From Psychrobacter cryohalolentis K5 (GTDB lineage: Bacteria; Pseudomonadota; Gammaproteobacteria; Pseudomonadales; Moraxellaceae), in assembly GCF_000013905.1 (NCBI RefSeq), contig NC_007969.1, positions 1,230,001 through 1,262,000 on the forward strand: 32,000 bases of DNA, given 5' to 3'. Shown here in pieces: positions 10,359 to 18,964 of the stretch; the first letter of the stretch is position 1; every line of letters starts with the position of its first letter. The notes beneath the pieces were generated by a model. That model saw only the letters and a program-made list of their open reading frames with translations. It did no database searches and was not told the DNA's origin. The translations under genes and the position numbers were made by a program.

Positions 10359-11642
10359 TTACTCTTGGTTCTGATTAACGAGGGCAGGATTGAGACGTAC
10401 AACTACGCTCATACCTGAGCGAATACGTCTATCAGGGTTAGTCGGTCGGGCTTTTACTTCAAAGGTACGAACATCAAAACCATCGTCATTGTTAGTCGGT
10501 CGCCAAGTGGCAAAGTCAGACAAGGTTGAAGTAGCATAAACAGTGAATTGCTTGGTATAAGGCTTTTCAGGTGATGATAAAGCGGGAATAGTACCCATGA
10601 ACCGCTGACCAATCGCAAACTGATTTAAGTAGGTTTCCGTGACATTTAAGACGACCCATTGATCATTGGTATTGACTAAGGTTAGCAGCGGCACACCTTG
10701 ACCGATCACTTCACCTGCATTGACGATGACATTATCGACGACACCAGAGATTGGGCTTTTTAAGTTGGCTTCTTCTTTCGCTACCAATGCTTCTTCTAAT
10801 TGCGCATCGACTTGCGCAACTTGTGCAGTCGCCGCTGACTTATCTTCACTACGTGCGCCTTCCATCGCTAACTCATACTGTAAGCGTGCTGCTTCGGTTT
10901 GATCTTGAGTTGCCAAATATTGTGCATAGGCTTCATCACGCTTTTGCCGCGCCATCAGTCCTTCTTCATACAGACGATTAACACGCTGATAAGTGTTTTC
11001 TGCCAAGTCGGATGCCGCTTTATGAGCTTGCCACGCTGCTTTTGCTTGAGCGATTTCTTGCGGGCGCGCCCCATTTTCTGCTTTATCTAGCTGGCTTTGT
11101 GCCATCTGTTTGCCAGCACGTGCCTGATTGATTTTTGCATTAATCTCAGGCGAATCCATCTCTATTAGCTGTTGACCGACCGTTACGGCATCACCTTCTG
11201 TGACTAATATTTTTGCAATACGTCCCGGTACTTTTGCCGCGATAGACGTTTGCTGCATTTGCATTTGCCCTTGGAGGGTAATAATTTGCGACTCGCTATG
11301 CTGATTGCTCTTGTATAAACCATAAGCAATCACACCCAAAATAACTAAAATCACCAGCGCCAAAATCGCCTTTTTAATCTTTGTTGATTTATTATCTTTT
11401 ACTGACTGGCGCTTATAGCTTGGCACCGTTTGCTCCGGCTCAATGCTAGTATCAGTATTGGTGTCCCTATCGGCATCAGTGCTGTTATTCATATTAGTCT
11501 TAGACGCATCAGCATCATTTGCATCGACCGTAGAATCCATGTTCGTGGGCGCTGGATTATCGTTAGTATTGGTCGATCCAGTCGATGTATTTAAGCCACC
11601 TAGTTTGCGCGAGTCGCCTGATTCGTTGGTAGATTCAGTCAT
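10359..11642 (-). CDS. HlyD-family membrane fusion (periplasmic adaptor) protein with a roughly 88-aa D/N/T/S-rich N-terminal extension
   Basis: It has a single TM helix (AILALVILVILGVIAYGLY), a lipoyl-like motif (AKVPGRIAKILVTEGDAVTVGQQLIEMD), a long coiled coil, and a beta-barrel domain (SPISGVVDNVIVNAGEVIGQGVPLL). Confidence 0.88.
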   Translation of the reverse strand: MTESTNESGDSRKLGGLNTSTGSTNTNDNPAPTNMDSTVDANDADASKTNMNNSTDADRDTNTDTSIEPEQTVPSYKRQSVKDNKSTKIKKAILALVILVILGVIAYGLYKSNQHSESQIITLQGQMQMQQTSIAAKVPGRIAKILVTEGDAVTVGQQLIEMDSPEINAKINQARAGKQMAQSQLDKAENGARPQEIAQAKAAWQAHKAASDLAENTYQRVNRLYEEGLMARQKRDEAYAQYLATQDQTEAARLQYELAMEGARSEDKSAATAQVAQVDAQLEEALVAKEEANLKSPISGVVDNVIVNAGEVIGQGVPLLTLVNTNDQWVVLNVTETYLNQFAIGQRFMGTIPALSSPEKPYTKQFTVYATSTLSDFATWRPTNNDDGFDVRTFEVKARPTNPDRRIRSGMSVVVRLNPALVNQNQE

Positions 11643-11731
11643 GACAGTGAGATTCCTAAAGCAATAGAGTCGGTAATAAGCAAAATAAATCGTTTGTCGT
11701 CTGATATTGCTAAGACGATAAATGGGCGATG

Positions 11732-13483
11732 TTATTTGTCATATAAAGTGGGTAGCCGAATATCGGCGGCATTGAGATAGGCATTAAAGGCAAGGGGCGT
11801 ACCACAGCTTTGCATAAGAGCAGCAAGTGATTGAACATAGCTATAAGCTGCTTGCGCTTGCTCCGTACGTGCTTTTAACGACTGCGTTTGCGCTTGGGCA
11901 ATCTCGACTGGCGTATTTAAACCCTCTTGTAATCCAAGCCTGCGCAAACGCAAGACTTCTGCCGCAAGCTCTACATTGCTTTGTAGAGCTTGATAGCGTG
12001 ATTGGGCGTTATTCACATCATGCCAGTTTTTTTCAACCAGTAATAATAGGTTGTCACTGACTTCAATCTCAGACAAATCAGCTTGACGTATCTTGGCATT
12101 ACTTGATGCCAGAGACGCAGTTTTATCCAGACCGCCCCATAATTTCCAACTCGCCGATACGCCAGCGACCCAGCTTGGGTCTTTTTCAATTTGCCCGTAG
12201 CCATACAGCATGACAGTCGGCTTGTAACCAGTATCCGATAGCGCATGCAATTGCTGAGCCTGAGCACGTTTGGCGGCGACTTTTTGTAGACCTGGGTGAT
12301 TGGTCAGTGCCAAATCTTGAAAGTAGCTGACATCAGGTAAGGGTCGGCTTGAGACAAACAAAGGTGTGCGAGGTTTAATGCGATACTCAGTGCGCAATAG
12401 ACGCTGTAAAGCTATCATGGCAAGACGTGCATCATTATTGGCATTGACAGATTCACTTTTGGCATCAGCAAGTGCCGACTGCGCTTCTAAGCGATCAACT
12501 CGCGATATAAAACCTTCTTCAAAAAGCCGCTGCGCCATATGGTCAGTCTGCTGCAAGGTATCATAGGCATCGTCACGTAAATAGGCGGCAATGATTGCCA
12601 ATTGCGCTTTAAAATAACGCTCAATCAAGGTGTTATAAAGCTCGTTTTTTTCCAATATACTGTCAGCTACGGCTTCTTGAGTACGAGCATTGGACGCGCC
12701 TGTCAGAGCGGCAGTACGTCCAGCGGTATAAATAGGCCATACTACCCCAAGTCCTGCGCCCGCCGTAGAGCCTGAACGTTTTAACTCGTAGTTATCTGGG
12801 ATACGCTCACCAACCAATTCACCAAAATTTGGCAAATCTGGAATGGGCGGAATAATGTCACCAACCCCGTTATTAATATCATTAACGATGCCGTTTTTTA
12901 GCGACGATAGATCAATGTCCGCATCCAAATTGTAGGTAGTGGCTGAAACACGAGCAAATACAAGTGGGTGGTCGATAGTTTTGAGGGCATCCGTTTGATA
13001 CTCGCTGGCAGCAATAGCGGCTTGATTGGCAGCGATTTTTGGGGATACTTGCAACAAAATATTTTGCGCTTGTTCAAGACTTAACAAGCTAGACACTTCT
13101 AACGGATAGCTGTTCTCTATGCTTTTATGGGTAATAGGATCGATAAGCGTGCTTAGAGCTGCTTGACGTCCATAGACCTCGCCCGTACTGTCGACACGTA
13201 TCGTCGCTGATTTTACAGAAGCTTCGTTTATAGAAGATTTGTTTGCAGAAGCCGCATGCTTAGAGGATACAGTTTTAGAGGGGATATTTTGATTGACCAT
13301 ATCAAGTGCACTTGATGCATTGTTTTGATTGTCGGCGTCGATAATCTGTGTCACATTGACAGCTATCATCTCATTTTGTGACTCATTCATATGCTCATTA
13401 GCGCGTGCAGAGGCAGTCGCCGCTATACTCATGAGCGTAATCGTCATTACGGCAGTGGACAGAGTCGATAGAGCAAATTTCAT
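11732..13483 (-). CDS. TolC-family outer membrane efflux protein with a roughly 120-aa low-complexity extension after the signal peptide
   Basis: The signal peptide is MKFALSTLSTAVMTITLMSIAATASARA. Two OEP-type repeats contain long helical segments (LEQAQNILLQVSPKIAANQAAI..., LRRLGLQEGLNTPVEIAQAQTQSLKARTEQAQA). It is the first gene of the operon. Confidence 0.85.
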   Translation of the reverse strand: MKFALSTLSTAVMTITLMSIAATASARANEHMNESQNEMIAVNVTQIIDADNQNNASSALDMVNQNIPSKTVSSKHAASANKSSINEASVKSATIRVDSTGEVYGRQAALSTLIDPITHKSIENSYPLEVSSLLSLEQAQNILLQVSPKIAANQAAIAASEYQTDALKTIDHPLVFARVSATTYNLDADIDLSSLKNGIVNDINNGVGDIIPPIPDLPNFGELVGERIPDNYELKRSGSTAGAGLGVVWPIYTAGRTAALTGASNARTQEAVADSILEKNELYNTLIERYFKAQLAIIAAYLRDDAYDTLQQTDHMAQRLFEEGFISRVDRLEAQSALADAKSESVNANNDARLAMIALQRLLRTEYRIKPRTPLFVSSRPLPDVSYFQDLALTNHPGLQKVAAKRAQAQQLHALSDTGYKPTVMLYGYGQIEKDPSWVAGVSASWKLWGGLDKTASLASSNAKIRQADLSEIEVSDNLLLLVEKNWHDVNNAQSRYQALQSNVELAAEVLRLRRLGLQEGLNTPVEIAQAQTQSLKARTEQAQAAYSYVQSLAALMQSCGTPLAFNAYLNAADIRLPTLYDK

Positions 13484-13997
13484 AGGTCACGTAAGCCATT
13501 AATTAGAATACAAGGTACAAGTTAATTAAAAGGTGTCTAGAATCACACGCAATGTATAAACAGTATTAGTCATGCTGAGTACTGTTTATGCTAGAGATAA
13601 TCTAAGCTAAGTATTATGCAAAATGTGCTGCTAAATAGACTAAATTATCAAATATGATTCGATCTAAAATTTGTCATGGATGACAAAGCGTACACTGTAG
13701 TGCCACAATAGTGACGGGTCAATGCTCACTATTTGCTTATTCTGCATTGTATCAACAAAGGGTTTATGGTAACGCTTTTAACTATAACGAATAATAGCAT
13801 CATTTAATAAACGGCTGATATAGGCTAGTAACTTGTTTTTCCTCTGATTTTCCTAATTGCATAGGTTTAAATTTTTTGTAAGTACTATCTATAAAATGGA
13901 TAGCATTATCTATACTGAATTTTAGATTTTATAAATTTATAGTTAATAAATAATAATATTAGACTCAAATAAGATAAGACAAGATGGGATGTGAGTA

Positions 13998-15608
13998 ATG
14001 GCAGGATATATTTTAGCGTTAGATCAAGGGACAACGTCAAGTCGAGCTATATTGTACGATGATCATGCGCGCCCAATCAAAATGGCACAGCAGCCAACGG
14101 TCTTAAAGACACCGCAAGCCGGTTTTGTTGAGCAAGATGCCCAGCAAATTTGGCAGACGCAAATCAGCTGCGCTCATGACGTCATCAATCAGGCAGGGCT
14201 ACTCGCCACCGATGTTAGCAGTATCGCTATTACCAATCAGCGTGAATCTATTGTCATGTGGGATAAGCAAACAGGTAAGCCACTTGCCCCCGCTATTATT
14301 TGGCAAGACAGGCGTACAGCGAGCTACTGCGAAGCGCTTGCTGCTGAGAACCTAACCGCCACGCCACAAAGTGGTACGGTTAGTAATAATAGCCAAGGTG
14401 ATATGGCAAGCGAAGTGCAACGTATTACAGGTCTGCGTTTAGATCCATATTTCAGTGCCAGTAAAATCGCTTGGTTACTAGATCAAAATCCTAAATTAAG
14501 TGTACGCGCCAGCAAAGGTGAGATAGCAGTTGGCACCATAGACAGCTGGCTGATATATAAGCTCACAGGTGGTGAGCATGTCATCGATGTCACCAATGCT
14601 TCTCGTACCTTGCTATACGATATCCATAAGCTGGCATGGTCGGAGGAGTTGTGCGCCCGATTTGGCATACCCATGAATATTTTGCCCAAAGTTCTGCCAT
14701 CCGATGGCGACTTTGGCAAAACTAAAAAGGGATTATTTGCCAAACAAATCCCAATTCATGCAGTATTGGGTGACCAGCAAGCAGCACTTTTTGGTCAAGG
14801 CTGTCTTGAGACGGGCATGGCTAAAAATACTTATGGCACTGGTTGTTTTATGCTAATGAATATCGGTCAAAAGCCGCTGCTTAGTGAACATAAGCTACTC
14901 ACAACTATTGCATGGCAACGAAAATCTGCACCAACTCGCCCAGACAATCTCTCGTTCGAACAAATCGTCCAATCTGGCAGACGCATGCTACAGCCTCCAA
15001 GCAGAGAAGTAACTTATGCGTTAGAGGGCAGTGTTTTTATGGCGGGTGCAATTGTACAGTGGCTGCGTGACAACCTAGGTATGTTTCAAAAAAGCGGCGA
15101 GGTAGAAGACTTGGCTCGGCAAGTTGAGAGCAGTGAAGAGGTGGTTTTGCTGCCAGCATTTACGGGGTTAGGTGCCCCTTATTGGCGTTCAGATATCAGT
15201 GCCAGTATTACTGGTATGAGTCGCGGTACGACCAAAGCCCATATTGCAAGGGCAGCACTCGAGGCGGTTGCTTATCAAACATACGATGTGCTCATTGCCA
15301 TGCAAAAAGACAGCCCGCATCCACTCACTGAATTAAGGGTAGATGGGGGCGCGGCAAACAATGATTTGTTGATGCAGTTCCAAGCAGATTTATTGAATGT
15401 GCCTGTACTGCGTCCAAGAGACACAGAGATTACTGCAAAAGGAGCCGCTCTACTTGCTGGCTTAAAAACAGGTTTATATGATGATACAACGATGAAGGCC
15501 TCATGGCAGGTAGATCGAGTTTTTGAGCCTAATATGTCTATAGATGTGCGTGAAAAGCATCTGTATAAATGGCAACAAGCTATCAGTAGAGCATTAATAG
15601 TGCCTTGA
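13998..15608 (+). CDS. glpK: Glycerol kinase (FGGY family) carrying two insertions
   Basis: ALDQGTTSSRAILYD, ITNQRESIVMWDKQTGKPL, GDQQAALFGQGC, KNTYGTGCFMLMN, LPAFTGLGAPYW and RVDGGAANNDLLMQFQAD are collinear with E. coli GlpK. Confidence 0.93.
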   Translation: MAGYILALDQGTTSSRAILYDDHARPIKMAQQPTVLKTPQAGFVEQDAQQIWQTQISCAHDVINQAGLLATDVSSIAITNQRESIVMWDKQTGKPLAPAIIWQDRRTASYCEALAAENLTATPQSGTVSNNSQGDMASEVQRITGLRLDPYFSASKIAWLLDQNPKLSVRASKGEIAVGTIDSWLIYKLTGGEHVIDVTNASRTLLYDIHKLAWSEELCARFGIPMNILPKVLPSDGDFGKTKKGLFAKQIPIHAVLGDQQAALFGQGCLETGMAKNTYGTGCFMLMNIGQKPLLSEHKLLTTIAWQRKSAPTRPDNLSFEQIVQSGRRMLQPPSREVTYALEGSVFMAGAIVQWLRDNLGMFQKSGEVEDLARQVESSEEVVLLPAFTGLGAPYWRSDISASITGMSRGTTKAHIARAALEAVAYQTYDVLIAMQKDSPHPLTELRVDGGAANNDLLMQFQADLLNVPVLRPRDTEITAKGAALLAGLKTGLYDDTTMKASWQVDRVFEPNMSIDVREKHLYKWQQAISRALIVP

Positions 15609-15892
15609 TTACTATGATAGATAGTGTTTTGCTTATTATTTAATAGCCGTTTTTCAATATTGTATAATCGACTCACCTAGAAACTACGTCAATTGACAAA
15701 GTTTTGGTATAGATACAGACTGTAACGCAATACCATCGTGATTTTGACACAGTTTACATATTCGACCTATCTGTCTTTGAGCTCAGTTCCTATACTTTAG
15801 AAGATTTAATAAAACGCTTAATCTGGCTTATATTGCTATTAAGCGGATTGACGATAAATAGAATATATAACAAATCAATTAAGGAAGATATT

Positions 15893-16570
15893 ATGAATAA
15901 CGACGGCCGTATTACAGACTCGAATAACCGTGTGATTACTGATGACTATCTTGAAGTTGGTGATAGAGAGCGTATTATCGATGACAATGAGCGCCGATTG
16001 ACTGGTAATGATCAGACAATCAATAACACTGTTATTAGACATGAAAATGACAACATTATAGAGGATCATGATGCGATTGATCGTACTGCTGTCAAGCATA
16101 TGTCGAAAGAAGCAAGAAGTGATCTGAATGCTGATCCAATCACAGGGGAGCCAGGCTCACACCCTGTAGGTACAGGTATTGGTGGTATTGGCGGCGCAGC
16201 AGCAGGTGCTGCTATTGGTACGATGGCAGGCCCATTAGGCACGCTTATTGGCGGAGCAATTGGTGCAATTGTCGGTGGCGGTGCAGGTCATGCAGCAGCT
16301 GAAGCGATTGATCCAACGCGTGAAGAAGCATATTGGCGTGCAGAGTATGCCAATGCCGATTACTATCAAGAAGGTCATGATTTCGATCGTGATTTGCATC
16401 CAGCTTACGCGGTAGGGTATGCTAACCGTGCACGTTATCCCGCTGATGCCCGCTTTGAAGATCATGAGTCAGATTTAGAGCGCTCATGGAACAATGTGAA
16501 AGGTGAATCACGTATGGAATGGAATGAGGCACGTAGAGCATCTCGTGATGCATGGAACCGCATTTCTTAA
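15893..16570 (+). CDS. Hypothetical glycine-zipper membrane/stress-type protein
   Basis: The ORF-track start at 15833 is TTG. The ATG at 15893 has AAGGAAG 6 nt upstream. The product has a D/N/R-rich N-terminus, a glycine zipper (GTGIGGIGGAAAGAAIGTMAGPLGTLIGGAIGAIVGGGAGHAAAEA), and a W/Y/R-rich C-terminal domain. Confidence 0.7.
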   Translation: MNNDGRITDSNNRVITDDYLEVGDRERIIDDNERRLTGNDQTINNTVIRHENDNIIEDHDAIDRTAVKHMSKEARSDLNADPITGEPGSHPVGTGIGGIGGAAAGAAIGTMAGPLGTLIGGAIGAIVGGGAGHAAAEAIDPTREEAYWRAEYANADYYQEGHDFDRDLHPAYAVGYANRARYPADARFEDHESDLERSWNNVKGESRMEWNEARRASRDAWNRIS

Positions 16571-16776
16571 TGTATTTATGCTGATTTTAATAAGATATTA
16601 AGTACTCAGGTTAGATAGTTTATAAAGTAGTCAGCGAATAACACGCAAGTGCTGCTAATAGTATATTTGCTTCAAGTAACCAAACACGACTAAAGCTTAC
16701 TGTCTTATTACTGGGTTTAGTTCGATTGTAGACATTTTTTGTTAACAGACGCAATAATTTGAATTTATGCTATTTT

Positions 16777-16809
16777 AAAGCCTCCGAAGATTTCTTTGGA
16801 GGCTTTTTT
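16777..16809 (+). terminator. Rho-independent terminator
   Basis: aaagcctccgaag-attt-ctttggaggctttttt: a 10-bp stem followed by a T6 run. It lies about 208 nt after the stop at 16570. Confidence 0.8.
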
Positions 16810-16918
16810 ACTGTATATTACTATGTATGAATATACAATATGCTTTACTGTTGAAATTAGCCAATAAGTAATAATTAGAAACCGTATGTAAAAACAATTA
16901 TAGAATAATAGGCAGTTT

Positions 16919-17944
16919 ATGACCAACAATAATGAAAGTAATCATAAGCAGTTTTATATAGCAACTGCCAACCTGCTCAATTTTGCCAATCCCAATCGTC
17001 TCTATTATCCAAACGCACCTGCATATACTAATCACGAATACGAACATAAGTTACGCGGTATCACATATCTACTGTCAAAGGCACACGCTGATATCATTGC
17101 GGTCCAAGAAGTATGGGACAGTGAAGCGCTCGAAGCTTTAGCAGTATCATTGGGCTTTAAGCCTGAACATGTCGTTATTCCGCTGGCAAGTAATGACAGC
17201 GTAAATTCATATACGCAAGGTAATGGGGCGCAAAATACGCCTGCCGTCGGTATCATTAGTCGGTTTGCGCACTTAGAGACAAGTTTGCTTGAAGAGATTG
17301 TCCCAAAAGCGGTCATCGATATTCCTGATGTTGGTCCTTATCAGCGCTTTAATCGTCCGCCCCTTGTATTGCGCGTAGATGCATTTGGTCAGCCGATAAC
17401 CATTATTACCGCTCATCTAAAAAGTAAACGTGCTTTTTTCTTACGTGATGAGGCTGGTAATTTGTTAGAGGATATGGATGATCCAAACATTCGTATTCGT
17501 GCCAAGTTGCGTAGTTTGTGTATGCGTGCGGCAGAAGCGGCTTCTATCCGGCTTTCTATCATAGATAGGTTACAGCATACTCGTGAGCCCTTGATTTTGC
17601 TTGGTGATATGAATGATGTGACTGAAAGCGTGACCACCCAGCTGATGACTGAGACTGGCGAGGTCAACTATGACAAGAGCATGCGAGACGTCGCGCTGTT
17701 TGATGCTGCTCGTATTCAAGCCCGTTATGGTTGGATGAAAGATGTAGCATATACTCATATCTATCAAGGTATGCCAGAAGTGATTGATCAGTTATTTGTC
17801 TCTGAAGAATTTCTACCTGATAGTAAGTTTTCGCTCGGTCAGGTTGAACGGGTTGACTACTTCAATGACCATTTAAAGTGGGATTATGCAGATAGAGTGA
17901 TCGACCATGGTATTATAAGAGCGAAAATAAAGCTTCACAATTAA
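16919..17944 (+). CDS. Endonuclease/exonuclease/phosphatase (EEP) family protein, no signal peptide
   Basis: EEP catalytic motifs appear in order: IATANLLNF, IIAVQEVWD, ITAHLKSKR, LLGDMNDV and DHGIIRAKI. Confidence 0.8.
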   Translation: MTNNNESNHKQFYIATANLLNFANPNRLYYPNAPAYTNHEYEHKLRGITYLLSKAHADIIAVQEVWDSEALEALAVSLGFKPEHVVIPLASNDSVNSYTQGNGAQNTPAVGIISRFAHLETSLLEEIVPKAVIDIPDVGPYQRFNRPPLVLRVDAFGQPITIITAHLKSKRAFFLRDEAGNLLEDMDDPNIRIRAKLRSLCMRAAEAASIRLSIIDRLQHTREPLILLGDMNDVTESVTTQLMTETGEVNYDKSMRDVALFDAARIQARYGWMKDVAYTHIYQGMPEVIDQLFVSEEFLPDSKFSLGQVERVDYFNDHLKWDYADRVIDHGIIRAKIKLHN

Positions 17945-18050
17945 CACTATTTTATAATTAATTACTGAATTTTTTTTAACCTATTCTTGTTCCTTGCTTG
18001 ATAGTGTACAAGCGTTTATTATGCCTCTTCGTTGAGTATAGTAGCGGTGT

Positions 18051-18073
18051 TATCAATCCATATATGATTGATA
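18051..18073. promoter_or_regulatory. Candidate TetR operator (8-bp inverted repeat tatcaatc-N7-gattgata)
   Basis: A perfect inverted repeat read from the sequence, about 85-105 nt upstream of the TetR-family gene start. Confidence 0.3.
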
Positions 18074-18156
18074 GAAATGGTGCTTTGATTTAAGGCGCAT
18101 ACTATCCGATGAACACTATATTTTTAAAGATATGACATAACATTAAGAGATTTATC

Positions 18157-18849
18157 ATGAGTGAAAATAAAGACGACAAAATTGAAGATGTATTAGTAGA
18201 TTCGGAGCTGGCAAAAAAGTTGGTGCCGAATAAGTTTAAGTTTACTAGCCAGCAAGGACGCGCCCGCCGTCAAAAATTGTTGATGGGTGCTAAAAAGTTG
18301 AGTGAAACTCAATCTATTAATGATATTACGCTTGCCGCTGTCTGCGAAGAAGCGGGTATTCCACGGGCGTCTGCTTATCATTTCTTCCCTAATATTGAAG
18401 CCATATTTTTGGCGCTGCGTTTTTTAAATGCTATTGATATTTTAGATGTATTGAGAACCGTTGAAACGGTTAAATATGATAGATGGCAAGGGTATCTTAC
18501 AGCGCTGATTGATCGCTGTGTACAAATTTTTGATGAAGATCAAACCAAAGCCAAATTAATTTATGATACCAATACGCCTGATTTTGAAGGCGACAGTTTT
18601 GGCGAGCATATGGATCACCAAGTAGTAAAATTGGTCTATGATCGTTTGGCTGAACGCTATGAAGTGCCTAAGTTTGAAGATATTCAAGATGTCTTATTGA
18701 TTACCTTTAGTATCGTGAATGCGATCTTTACTGTTTCTTATCGTCGTCATGAGCGTATTACCGATAAGTATTTGCAAGAAGCTAATACGGCATCTATCGC
18801 TTATCTGCGTTGTTACTTGCCAGAGAAGCTACCGCGTAAAGACCGTTAG
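18157..18849 (+). CDS. TetR/AcrR-family transcriptional regulator
   Basis: The N-terminal helix-turn-helix, ITLAAVCEEAGIPRASAYHFFPNIEAIF, is typical of TetR_N. The C-terminal ligand domain is helical. Confidence 0.85.
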   Translation: MSENKDDKIEDVLVDSELAKKLVPNKFKFTSQQGRARRQKLLMGAKKLSETQSINDITLAAVCEEAGIPRASAYHFFPNIEAIFLALRFLNAIDILDVLRTVETVKYDRWQGYLTALIDRCVQIFDEDQTKAKLIYDTNTPDFEGDSFGEHMDHQVVKLVYDRLAERYEVPKFEDIQDVLLITFSIVNAIFTVSYRRHERITDKYLQEANTASIAYLRCYLPEKLPRKDR

Positions 18850-18879
18850 TCTGTCTATTAAGTTTTAAAGACAGACATT

Positions 18880-18913
18880 AAAAAAATCCGACATTTATAT
18901 GTCGGATTTTTTT
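18880..18913. terminator. Bidirectional rho-independent terminator between the TetR gene (+) and the lipoprotein gene (-)
   Basis: aaaaaaatccgacat-ttat-atgtcggattttttt: a 9-bp core stem flanked by A7 and T7. It is preceded by a second hairpin, gtctgtct-N12-agacagac, at 18849-18876. Confidence 0.85.
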
Positions 18914-18964
18914 GCTAAATTTTTATGTATAAGCTTTACAAAATACTTATAGTGAATAAAATTT

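Noticed and set aside
9654-12566. Multiple short plus-strand ORFs (9654-9860, 10126-10311, 10720-11090, 11443-11667, 11827-12060, 12366-12566) and minus-strand 12013-12267
   Set aside because: All are nested in or antisense to the well-supported efflux operon genes and have biased shadow-frame composition.
14125-15676. ORFs 14125-14355(+), 14483-14743(-) and 15275-15676(-) overlapping glpK
   Set aside because: They are alternative-frame or antisense ORFs inside a gene that is collinear with E. coli GlpK over its full length.
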